NCBI GenBank assembly: GCA_003971905.1
Contig: RSEE01000053.1
Location: forward strand, 124,001 to 188,000
Reading direction: 5' to 3'
Length of the DNA: 64,000 nt
From: Moniliella sp. 'wahieum'
Taxonomy: Eukaryota
Below, one piece after another: positions 13,096 to 24,846 of the stretch. Below the pieces are notes generated by a model. That model had not been told where the DNA came from. It searched no databases and saw nothing but the letters and a program-made list of their open reading frames with translations. How positions within the stretch are numbered: the first letter of the stretch is position 1; every line of letters starts with the position of its first letter. The position numbers and the translations under genes are program-made.

Positions 13096-13834
13096 GGGCG
13101 GGGCAGGGGGCAGGGGGCAGCGCAGGAGAAGGGGAAGGGGAAGAAGGGAGGTGATGGTGGTGGTGGGTGAAGCGGCGGGCAGAAGGAGGACGGTGCAACG
13201 AAGGTACGGAGCACTGCGTGAGCACGAGGGATGGTTGATGGTCAATGGCCGATGGTGCAGAGGGACGGTGATGATGCTTGGTGCATGATGCATGCTGCAT
13301 GCTGCCTGCTGCAGATGCCTCCCTGCATGCGCGCATGAGAATAATTGGCCCGCCTGGCAGCGCACAGCACAGCAGAGCGCCCCCATCGCCTCATCTCGGG
13401 CAGACACGGCCGCCCAGGTGGTTACTAAGCGTTCAAGCACCCTCCCACTCTGCCCCCCGCCTGCCCGCGAGCGACCAGCAGTCGATCAGTGACTAGTGAT
13501 CGGTGGTGGGCGGCAGCACTGGGCTGGTGCTGCGTCGTCAATAGCAGCTAGGAATGCCCGACGGATGATGCGCTGACATTGCGCAGCGCAGCGCCCCCGT
13601 AGGCGATGATCCCTGCACCCTGTCCCCCCACGGCGGCAGTGTGATGGTGACACACCCATGCCAGGGCATGCCGATCCTACCCCCAACCGAGACCTGCACG
13701 GCGCCAGTCTGTCCCCCCCTGGCTCAGCGCGCCTTCGGAGGCAGTAGGCCGCAGGCCTCCGTTGCCCAGGCACTCGTGCTGGTGAGCAGCTCTCACGGAC
13801 TCGTGGCTAGTGAGCGTGAGTCGTGAGTGCTGAG

Positions 13835-13879
13835 CCGGTGACCGGTGACCGGTGACCGGTGACCGGTGACCGGTGACCG
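13835..13879. repeat. (CCGGTGA)6 palindromic heptamer array
   Basis: Six perfect tandem units read directly. Confidence 0.97.
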
Positions 13880-15427
13880 CCACCTGCATGCGGCGCCAAC
13901 AGCAGGGCTTGTTACATGTTACAGTTGTAACAGCGTGTAACCCCCGGCACAGCAACGCACCGCACCCCCACGTCGTATGGCATAGCACAGGTCCCGCCTT
14001 GGCCGGCAGACGACCTAGCTCAACTCCTGCTAGCTCTCGCTCGCAGCAGCCCGTCGCCATTCGGCGCGTGTGAGTCCAAGCTCGGCGATAGTGACTGCGT
14101 GCCTGAGGCAGGCCTATGCCATAGGTCTAAGACCCTATGGTCCAAGGCGTCCTAGAACCTAGGGCCCTCTAAGGCTGTGGAAATTGAATGTGACTGAGTG
14201 GGGTTCCATGGCTGGGCGCTGAACCGTTGAACTTCAACGTTCAGTTGAACGTTCAACAACGTTGAACAGTGGCTGGGAACAATACGACCCGGACGCCCTC
14301 GACGGCCTTGGTCCGTCTTGCCTTGACCTCGCCTGTTTCGTCTTAATCAATTGTCTCCCTTTTGTCGCCTTTGAAGTTTGGAGCTTGAGCGCTTCAAGAC
14401 TCTCCGCTTCCCTCACCGATGTTCTTGTTGTTTGCCTTGTCGGGTCCGCAACAGGACGGTACGCCCTGGTACGCCCCCCACAACGTTGCCACGCCGCAAT
14501 TTTCATACACCACAGGGCCACATGCACCATGCATCATGCATCGATCACAAGTCACTAGCTAGTCATGTGACTGTCGCAAATCACACCTCCCAGCTCCGTA
14601 CTCAGTCGAAAGGCACACTTGATCGACTAGAAGCTGGATGATCGGCTTGATCGACTTGATCGACGATCGGCCGACGGGCAGGTGGATGGCGCTGCGCCAG
14701 TGCTGTGCCATGGGCGCTGGGAACATGGAGCATGCGGAAACACCTGTAGAATCTCAGTGGACCTCAATCTCAGGGCGTTATTTATTGTTGGCTTGAAGCG
14801 AGGAGCTTGAAGAGCTTGAAGCTTGAGCTGAGCAGCTCAGCCACTGCCGAGGCGCTGAGGAGCCCTTGGCTGTCCCCTGCTGCTTGCTTGCCGCATCCGA
14901 TCCCACACAACCGCCACCACCCACGCATCCGCCTTTCTTCCTTCCTTCCAAGCCCAATCAAATTTCAAACGTGAATCAAAAACGCTGGTGTTACGTAATG
15001 TGCGCCCTAAGCAGCGTCCGACGTCTCAATTGCATTCACAACCACCAACTAATACTTCAAGAAGTGCCCCCAACCATTGCTTTCCGTGTGCATGTGATCT
15101 GTGACCAACAGCACTCGAACTGGAGTTGGATGCATCCAGGGCATCCCATGCCACACACCAGCTTCACGCAGTCACTATCTTCCGCCATGCATGTGCATGT
15201 GATGGCTCTCGATAACGGCGGCGTGGTTTTAGGACCTACTGCAGTTAGCGCTTATCCTGGCTTACCGCTTACTTCTCCACAGGCCTCGATAACACCCCGC
15301 CTTTTGTTTTTTTTTTTTTGCCCCAGCAGTCCCAGCCCCCGGCTCGAACCCACGTAGCGGGTAACTCAGATGGGGGAGCAGGCAGGCCAGAAGACAACAA
15401 AGAGCAGCGCAAAAATGTAAAAGAAAC

Positions 15428-15516
15428 CTCTCCGACCGGGAATCGAACCCGGGTCTCGTCCGAACGTCCGTCAACTGCATGACAGGGACGTGTCATAGCC
15501 ACTAAACTATCGGAGA
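15428..15516 (-). tRNA. tRNA-Asp(GTC) with 17-nt intron
   Basis: Acceptor TCTCCGA/TCGGAGA+G, anticodon arm CGTCC-CT GTC A[intron]C-GGACG, T-arm CCGGG-TTCGATT-CCCGG, downstream T-runs. Mature length 72 nt. Confidence 0.95.
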
Positions 15517-16769
15517 AGATTGGCATAGCACTTCATTCCCAGTCCCTGCCAAGTCAAGCGCAAAAAGTAACGAGCCGGCTGGTACATGGTAATGCGACTT
15601 CAAGGGAGACCGTCGCCGAGGTGCTGGTGACCGTTTTGGCCTAGCAGGCTATGCGTAGGGGTATATATATGATGTCCGGATGGATGGCGTGCATAAGAAA
15701 TGACATTATTGGATTGGGAAAGGAACGAGATTAACATGTGGGTCTTTAGCACACTTTCTTGTACGGAGCGAGATGGTGTCGTACCCGAGAAACACAAGAT
15801 GGATCTTGGTTATCTATATACAATGAACGACGGTGAGGGTGTCATACCTTGGCTGATCTCGCTCCTTTCCTGCTCTTCCGAATTCGCACCATGCCCTCTG
15901 CCCTTGCTTCTTCCCCACGAACGATTGCTACATGCCTTGAGCTAGGATTATATCTCAACTCTGGTTTCCCTCCCCTAATCCCGACTGCGGCAGGGGGTAT
16001 ATAGTGGATGTGGCTTCGGCCGTAATGTACTCGGACTATACCCCAACGCTCTTCCTCCCATCTGCGAGAAGCGGATGGACGCGTTCGACGCACCCTGCAT
16101 CGTCTTCTTGTACTATGATCCTTTCAGCATGCAAGACGCTCCGGTTCCAGGCCGTCAAGGAGACCAAGTTGGTCGCCGACAGTGGCTAAGCACTGGCGCC
16201 TGTTCCGGTGGGACCCCAGTGTAGAAGCCATACTAGTACTAGTGGTTTCTTTTTGGAGTACGACTGGAATAACCCCGGTGTCGGATGGGGGACAGCTGCC
16301 GCGAATATAAGAAGTGAGTCAAGCTAGTCAAGGAAATGCTCTTTTGGGGGGGGGGCGAAAAAGGAAACGAGGGCGGGGGAAAGTGCCAGGCGTATGTGGG
16401 TTCCGGAGTGATGGGGGACCAGGAGGATTTGGAGGATCATTGCAGGGATGGAGGTGGACCACGCTCCAAGGGGCTCTTGGATGCAAATAAGGAGACCAAG
16501 GTTGCGTACAGTTAAAACACGAAGGGGCTGGGCGACACCAGTGGGACCCCGGGAGAAGAATCTCTGTATCGACTATTGGAGCAAGCAAGTAATGTGCTAA
16601 GAAGACTGAAGTAAGGAGATCATCAGGGATATGATCAAAAGAGCCTTTCAATGCCCTGTGGTCTTGACGACACGCAGGATTGCCACAATTCGAAAAAGTT
16701 GCTAGTGTGTGATAATTGGACGGAACTTACTGAGAAGAGTATATCATTGGAGAAATACGGTCCATCCCT

Positions 16770-17710
16770 CATGTTACGGGCTGCGTTTTTGGGTCTGAGA
16801 AGGTCTGGTCCGAGCTAAGGCCCGCCCGTTCTGCACCTGCCCAGTATATCGCCCTAGAGTCCAATCAAGTTTGATGATAATAGTTGGTTAAAACCATGTA
16901 CGCTGGCCCCAACGGCCAAGCATCCGCGCGCGACAGGAGTCGCCCCCCGCTCAAGTCGAAGTCAGTGGGTCTAAATGAGAGGCTACCAAGTTTCCGGTAT
17001 CTTTGCAACGACTGTCGCTCCGTCACCACTTACTCTATCTTTCTCCGTTGCGCCTATACGGTAACCAACCTCTCTCTTTGGCATGTCTTCCTTTCTACAT
17101 CCCTATTGCGTCCGTTTTCACTTTTACATCTAGCCTGCATCCCTGGTTGGGGGAGATCCTTTCCCCAGCTTCCATTCTCGTCCCTTCCCCCCTTTCCTGT
17201 CCAATTCCTGCATGTTTGCAGCCCATTGACTCAGTACAGGCAACCTCGTCTCCACTGAGCTGTCTCCTCATCCTCCAACCTCGTCCTCCAGCTTTCCATC
17301 CGCTCTTCAGTCGTGTTAGTCTTTCCTCAGCCGCGTCGAGTTCCCTTACCATCAGTTTATGCGTGAGTTCCTTTCCAGCCAAGTCGACAGCTGTCCTTGT
17401 TCAGTCTCGGATCTGGTTGCGTTTGTCCACCACTGCCTCTACCTCTCCCTAAACTCCGGGGGCTTCAGACAGGTTACTACGTCCCAGGCCGGTGCGTACG
17501 CAGCCTTTCCACACGTGCAGCCACCTCCGATTCACGCCCCAAAGCCTCTCCTCGTCCCTAGTTCCGCTCGGATCCATCAGCAACTAGCCCAAGCCCGAAA
17601 CTACCGAGTCGTCTCTCCGTCTCCGAAGGGATTATATCCTACAAACCTGGGCGAGCCCCCTGGCGGGGCCCTCCCGTGGCACCTCACGTCTGCTGTGCTC
17701 ATTTGCTTAT
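16770..17710 (-). mobile_element. Decayed dispersed repeat, copy 1 (probable non-LTR retrotransposon 3' fragment)
   Basis: Alignable by eye in inverted orientation to ~52285-53200. Stop-interrupted frame WIRAELG..GCTCGKAAYAPAWDVVTC resembles a LINE C-terminal zinc knuckle. Confidence 0.7.
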
Positions 17711-18779
17711 CTGCTCACGTTATATAAGCGAAGCCTTTCTATCTGTCCCCTCGAATCCTCTTGTGTCTTATTACACGCTCTGCAAATCGAAGAGGAGAAC
17801 AAGAAAAAGGTTCTTGTGCAACATTTCTCAGAATCATCGACAACGAGATTATCCGCCAGACTTCTTGACGCCATGCAGATTGGTTGGGCAGAGCTGTATT
17901 GGAGTTTGGATGACCATGCCACGGGACGGACGGAAAAGGGCCTGAGAAAAAGATCATCATATTCTCTTATCAGGCCTACTACTATAATCATATCACACAA
18001 GGATCTTAGGCCCAAATCCTAAAACCAACACAATGCTTTCATTGCAGTGGTCGCGCCTGCTTCCCCAGAGAGCAAGAGAGTAGAGGGCCGGTAACGTGGT
18101 ACTAGATTGAGAGGCAGGAGAAAGGGGAGGGGGCAGGCCACATGATTTAAGGCGGGCAGAGGTAAGATCTATAAGACGTAGTGCAATGTAGTAGCCGCAA
18201 GATAAGGAGAGAAGAGCCTAGGAAAGCAAAGCGTGCCGCGATGCAGTGAAGAGAGGCGGGCACTGGGTAACTTGTTGTTACCGTTTACGTAGGCTTGGGG
18301 AGTGTATCATGTGGGGGTGGAGCGGGCGGGCGCTGGATTCCTCCACTCCAATCCGTTAGCCCTTTCTCTGCGATCTCTCGGTCTGCAGGCGCGCAGAGCG
18401 CGTATCGCGCGGCAGACGTGCAAGCGTGAAGCGGGAGGCGAAGGTGCGGGCGCTGTGCGCTGCTGTGCCCGATCCCACCGTGGTTTCAACGTTGCACGTT
18501 TGCTTCCACCTGCATCTTCCTATCAATGTGCCGGCGCAGGCGCCCTGTCCAGCGCCCCAACCTGAGACGGCGCTGAACTGGTCCCAGCCGGACAGTGGCC
18601 GTGTGCGCGATGGCCGCGGCAGCCGGTTGGAACTACTGAATGGGTAGATTGCTCCTGCGATTGGATGTGCTGTTGCTGGTGCAAGCGGCTGTCTTTTCTC
18701 CTTCTCCTTCTCCGCCTCCCTCTCCTCTCTCCCAACCACCCCCCCCTCCTTCCCCCCTGGCGCCCCGCCTGCCAGCCCC

Positions 18780-21204
18780 ATGTCTGTCAACTCGCGCGGC
18801 CAGTTCTCGGCCCCCGGCAGCGTCCCGCGCGACTATGGGCTGCTGCAAGCGCCGCGGACTAGCATGATGCCCTACCCGCGCCCGGACCTGCCCGACTCGC
18901 AGCTCCAAGCGGCCGAACTGGACGAGGCGCGGCAAGCGTTGGAGCGCTACGCTCAGTCGGGCAGCGTGTACGAGCCTCAGCCGGGCTCGGAGCGTCCAGC
19001 TCGCCTGGGCCGCCCTCGTCGTACTTCCAGCACCACCGGCTCCCTCCTTGACACGTCCCGGGCCAGCAGCCGTGCGTCGTCGGTCGACCCCACCCGTGCT
19101 CGCCCGGTTGCCATGCCCGGCGCCCATCCCCATCTCCACCCTCACCACGTTGGACCTCGGCCTCGTTCCATCCTTGCTGCGAGCCCGGGAGGTTCGAGTT
19201 TTCATGGCGGTATCGCGATATGGTGCTGGGCGGCGAGCCGAACCCGCCGCCGATCGAGCAGATCCAGCAGCACTATCTCGACCAACATCTGCTCTCCTCG
19301 TCCGAAGGGCAGCGCCCGCCGTCTCTTTCAGCCTTACAAGGCCGACGCAGAAGTTTGAGTCAGCAGCGGACGGGCACACGTCCCTCTCTTGCCCGTCGTT
19401 GGTCACGTACGGGCGAGCTGGTGCCACGCCAAGCCGATGTAGCCAACGTTCGAAATCAGTTGCGCCGCTCCAGCGCTGCTCTTACCTCGAGCGATGTGGA
19501 GTCGTGGCAGGTGGGTCGAATGACTGAGTGGATTGTTAAGCCAGGCCCAAGCGCCTTCGTACGCTGCTGTGGGCTCGGCAAACCAGCCCGCGGTCAAACC
19601 CCCCTCGGTAGAGGATGATGGTGCCTCGGTAACGTCGACGGACGAATCACTGGCCCAGGCTGTGCCAGGCCCCGGGCCGGGCGGGAAGAGGCAAATACAC
19701 TGACGTGGTATACGATGCCCATCTTGGGCACCCACTTACTCGAGTTATCGCTTAGCGTGGTGACTGTCTTTGCTATTGGACACTTGGGCACAACGGGTGC
19801 GCACCTCTCCCCTTCGTTGTTACTACCAACCTGAACGATCCAACAAGATACTAACCCCCCTTTGTTTTTTTTTGTTTTTCCAGAATTGGCCGCAGCTTCG
19901 CTCGCGTCCATGACAGCCAACGTGACTGGTTTCTCGATTATTTCTGGTTTCGTCTCGGCTTTGGACTCGCTCCTGCCTGCGGCCTACAGCTCGCCCCATC
20001 CCTACACAGTAGGAATTTGGACGCAACGGATGTGTATCCTGATCGCACTGTTAATCGTACGATCACAATCACCTGGCTTTACACTGAGTCCATCTTGATT
20101 GCACTGCGGCAAGAGCCGGCGGTGGCGGCCATGGCGGCACGGTACCTGTCGGTTTTGACGTTGGCCTTACCGGCGTTTGGTGCGTTTGAGATTATGCGTC
20201 GGTACCTGCAAGCCTTGGGGCTGTTCCATGCACCAACGATTGCCGTTGGCGTCGCTTCGGCCTTCAATGTGCCCGCGCAAATTTTGCTCGTGTACGGTCC
20301 GGAAAAGGTTCGGATGGGGTTTTTGGGGGCGCCCGTGGCCAGTGTCTTGTCCTACTACCTGATGCTGGCCTTTGGTCTATTCCAGTGCTGGATTGCACCT
20401 CGTGATGCATGGCAGGGGCTGACGCGCAAGGCGTTTGATCTCAAGGCTTGGTGGACGTATGGAACCTCGGACTTTCTTCAACGATCGCCATGGCGGCAGA
20501 ATGGTGGGCATGGGAGGTGGCGAATCTCATGTCGTCGATGCTTGGCACTCAGCGCTGGCGGCCCAATCGGTGTTGCTGGTGACGTGCAGTCTGACGTACC
20601 AGCTTCCGTTGAGCGTCAGCGTGGCATCGGCAGTGCGGATTGGCAACTTGCTAGGCGCCAACCAACCGTATTGGGCCGCCCTTTCCGCCCGGATGGCCAT
20701 GTTGGCCGCCCTACTCTGCGGCCTGCTCAATTCGTCGGCCATGATTCTATTCCGGAACCAGTGGGGGTGGATGTTCTCCTCAGACCCAGAGCTGGTGGCA
20801 ATGATTGCGACCATCATGCCGTACGTAGGGGCGTTCCAGATTGCCGATGGCATCTGTGGTGTCGGCGCAGGTATTCTGCGTGGCAGTGGACGACAGAGCA
20901 AGGGCGCGGTAATCAACTTGTTTGCTTACTACGTTGTCGGTTTGCCCATTGGGGGCGCACTCATGGTCTATGCCGATTGGGGATTGCAGGGTACTGGCTC
21001 GGTTTGTCAATCGGCTTGTTGGTCGGCGCAACCGGATTCCTCGTTCTTATCTTCCGCACCGACTGGTTCAGCGAGGCGGAGGAGGTGCTGACCCGGATGG
21101 AGGAGGACGTGGCTGCAGAAGAAGAGGAATGTGCCGAGGAGGCCCTCGAAGAAGAAGCACGTTCGCTCGAACGCGACGACGAGAGGTATACGGACCGACG
21201 CTAA
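18780..21204 (+). CDS. MATE family efflux transporter (Erc1-like) with long disordered N-terminus
   Basis: ELAAASLASMTANVTGFSIISGFVSALDSLLPAAY, MGFLGAPVA, EWWAWE, SVASAVRIGNLLGANQP, GILRGSGRQSKGAVINLFAYYVVGLPIG. Intron ~19796-19883, frameshifts. Confidence 0.95.
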
Positions 21205-21957
21205 GACCAACTTTTGGTAGCCTGCATCTCGGTTTTGCCCACTGCAAGAAGCTCTTGGCCGACAAGCTCTACTTGTTCTCGGGCTACTACTGTCCCTTGT
21301 CCAGTAGGGACGAGACACTCGCCGGGGTCCCATTCTTTTTTTTCTACAGCTGTGTTGCGTCGGTCCCGCAATCTTTATTCTCGGATTGAACGACGCGTGT
21401 GTGGGTATAGTTTCACTGAGCTACCGAGTGGACACAGGGGAGGATTTGATCACCAAATAAAGTTAGCTAGAGAGGTGGGCAAGATCTGCGGATGAGATCT
21501 TGGTATACGGTGCAAACGATTGATTAAGTGATTGATGACTTCCAGCCCTACTAATAACTACAGAGCGCTGTCGTGATAGGGCGCTGATAGAAAGAGCTGT
21601 AGGACGGCATTGATAGAAGTGTAAGAGAGGAGCCCCGAGCCGCGGCGTTCGTTCTGGGTATTAGATCGCGTATTATACAAGTGCGCGCTCAACTACGCCT
21701 CGCGCGCTGCCGCGCTTCCGCGTGTGCTTGATGCCAAAAATTCCTGCAACATATCACCGCCGATCAAGCTGTCCAGGTGGCCTTCCCGTTCTACGCTCAT
21801 CGAGCTCATCGTCGTTTCCCTCTCTTGGCAAACACCAGCTTAAAAGGCAACAGGACAACTAAGAGCCTTGTTGGCCGCAACAGCTGTAACTTTTTTTCTC
21901 TTTAATTCTCTCACATGCTCACACATCAGACTGATGTCTCAACTCTCGACGTCCAAT

Positions 21958-21997
21958 CTTCAAGCTTCAAGCTTCAAGCTTCAAGCTTCAAGCTTCA
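21958..21997. repeat. (CTTCAAG)5.7 palindromic heptamer array
   Basis: Read directly. Reverse-complement arrays at 22931-22954 and 23481-23527. Confidence 0.97.
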
Positions 21998-23480
21998 TGC
22001 CAACCTAAGGATGGAGTGAGGGTCATGCAGATCATGTCGATCATTCAGGACAATTATGATCTCAAGGACGCATACAGGCCATGTCGGTGGCCGGCCGAAA
22101 GGTCTAATAGGATGGCACCGTCACGGTTCTGCAACCTGCACACGTGATATAGTATAGTAGGGCTGACGCCCTGACGCGCGGCACCCGACTGACGGATCAA
22201 ACTTATTAGATCAGTGGTGCTGTGTTGTAGTATGAGTATGCGAAAAGGTGTTTGGACTACTACGGAGATGAAAACATGCACACGAGAGGTAAGACTGGTA
22301 AGATGTAAGATGGATTGGATGTGCAGGAAGATGCATCACGCATCATGACACAACGAGACATGCCATCAAGCTCACCATTAGCGCCATTGGATATTGATGG
22401 CTTGGAAAGAATCGAAGGGCCAGCAGGGTATACAAAGCCCTTCGGTAGGGATGCAAAAGCATATTCTCGCTTGCAAAGGCTGCGAAACCTAATGCGATGA
22501 TCATCTTATAGTAGACTTTTTTGTCGCCACACAGTAGGACCCTTTGTGAGTGTCTTCCTGTCACTCGTGCCTGCTGGTGGAGCAGAACGCGGTACTAATT
22601 CAGTCGCGCCATGGGTGATGCGCTGATTGAGGATCGGCGAGAGCGCAGGGCAATGGACAGAGAGAAAGCGCGTCAGTAAAAAACACTGTTGGGTGGTGTT
22701 CGGTCCTGTTCAACACATTCTACAGTGCTGGTTTTGTTCCATGTTGCGCGAGAGGGCGAAGCTGGGTTGGTGGAAGCTTTGTACATACCTACACATTTTA
22801 AAACGCGTTTGAAGTGTGTATCATCATGATGAGAAGTTGCCGTGAGGTTGTGCATCATTATCTCACAAGAAACCGCACTCAGTACTCACTCCCTATACTG
22901 ACTGAGAGGCTTGGCCCTTCATGCACTTCATGAAGCTTGAAGCTTGAAGCTTGACACAAGTCACGGTGGGGTGACATGGGAAGGGTGAAGAAAAGATACG
23001 TACATTGCTGTGCCGGTGTGGGCCATGTAGTAGCTCGCAGGGAGAAGGAGAGTGGCGGGTGAGGTGGGGGATCTTCGAGATGATCGATCGGGATGCGCGC
23101 GGGTGAGAGATGGATGGTGTTGGATGATCGATGCATCGTTGAGGATTGCGAGTGTGGGCGGAGACATGGACAAAAGGAGTGTTGTGTTGGTGGTGTTGGT
23201 TGGGACACGTCAGCATGCTTGGCTAGCTATAGGGCTGAGGGGCTGAGTATTGAATCCTGGAACTATTAACTGAGTACACTATAGTACGATGATCGACTGG
23301 GGCTGTAGCTGACTGCTCGATGATCGTATGCTGATCAAATTGATCAGCGTACACACAGCCCAAGTGGAGCAGGTAGGATTGCCTTGATTAGTCACTGGAG
23401 CACGTAACTAGGCTGAGCAAACAGAGGTGCTCAAGCCAGTCGTAGTCATGCTAGCTTGAAGCTAGCAGCAAATAAAGTAC

Positions 23481-23527
23481 CTTGAAGCTTGAAGCTTGAA
23501 GCTTGAAGCTTGAAGCTTGAAGCTTGA
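23481..23527. repeat. (CTTGAAG)6.7 palindromic heptamer array
   Basis: Read directly. Confidence 0.97.
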
Positions 23528-24846
23528 CCAAGCATTGTCGCTGTCGCCGCGGCCCCGGCGCCCACGGCAGGGACTGGGAATGGGTGATTGGGGGGCGTGG
23601 ACGGGTGGGGCGAGGTGTGCTGTGGATGTGACGTGTGAGGTGGCGAGAGAAAAAGCCTCGGGCGCGCCATCGCAGGCTGAGCTGAGCACTGCTGGGCCTC
23701 AGCGCCTCCGTGGCTGCAGGACTCAGCTGCGCTGAGCGCTGAGCTGAGGCGTTGCGCTGGGCCCAGCCATCAGCCATACCAACCAGCCCGACCGGAGCCA
23801 CATGCGCCGAGCCGGACGCTGGGGCAGGCGGGGAAGGCGCAGGCATCAATGCATCAACGTCAACCATCAACACACCAATTGACACCGCGCCCCTTTCCAA
23901 CGGTCGGTGGAGCAAGCGCTATATGGCACACGGTGGGCCTTGCGCGTTGCGCGCGTCATTAGACGCTTCCCGTTTCATCCATCGGCGTCATCGAGTCATC
24001 GTTGCACGCGAAACGCTCCCATGGAAGCACTACGGCCTCTATTTTACACCAAGATGCTGAGCCTCAGCCACGATCAATTCGATCTATGGTCACGGTGACC
24101 GTCGGTGAGGCCGTGACGCCTGAGGGGGTTTAACGTGTTGAGGGCAATTCAGTACTTGGTTCAACCTCACCTCGAACATTCAGCACTCCGTCTGAGTATA
24201 CACAGTCGAGTATACTCAGCTCTGACGCAGTGCGATCGTCCAGCGGCAGGCAGGCACAGCGGGGGCGGGCAGGCAAGAGGGGTGCAGTGCGAGACTGCGG
24301 GGGGCGTGCTGCGTGCCGCGTCTACGCTGCCCCGTGCGGGGCTGTTCCCGTACAGTTGTGCCGTGGGGCCTGCGAGGCTGCAGCGCACGCGCCAGTGCAT
24401 CCGCCGCCGACGTCAGAGTGCGGGCGTGCAGCGCCGTGCGGCTGGGTGCGGCCGCCGATGGAGGCCAGCGGGGGAGAAGGCAGGCAGGCAGTGCGCCAGC
24501 CGGGCAGCACGCAGCACTACGCATCACGCACTAACGCCGAGCACCCAGTCCTGCCAAGTGCCTCCTCGATCATCGATCACCGGCCATCGGCCATCGACCT
24601 CTCAGATCCCACGCAGGCCCAGGCACTGAGGCGCAGTACGTGCAGTGTTCAGTACTTCAGTGCTCAGTCAGCTCTGAGACTCAGATCTGAGGCCAAAACG
24701 CATAGCTAACCTCCTACACCAGACCAGCTCCTGCCAGCACATATGTCCAGCCCGCACCCAGGCAGCCGTCGGCGTCACATCCTCTCCACCTCCACCACCA
24801 CCCGCCTCCTCCTCCCCCTCGCCTGCCTGCCGCCGCCGCTGCCCCC

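Noticed and set aside
12141..13288. Long Gly/Arg-rich plus-strand ORFs (and similar antisense ORFs elsewhere)
   Set aside because: Shadow ORFs of GC-rich, Pro/Ser-rich coding sequence on the opposite strand.
21530..21590. C/D box snoRNA candidate (TGATGA..CTGA)
   Set aside because: Too short, no terminal stem, no recognisable rRNA guide.
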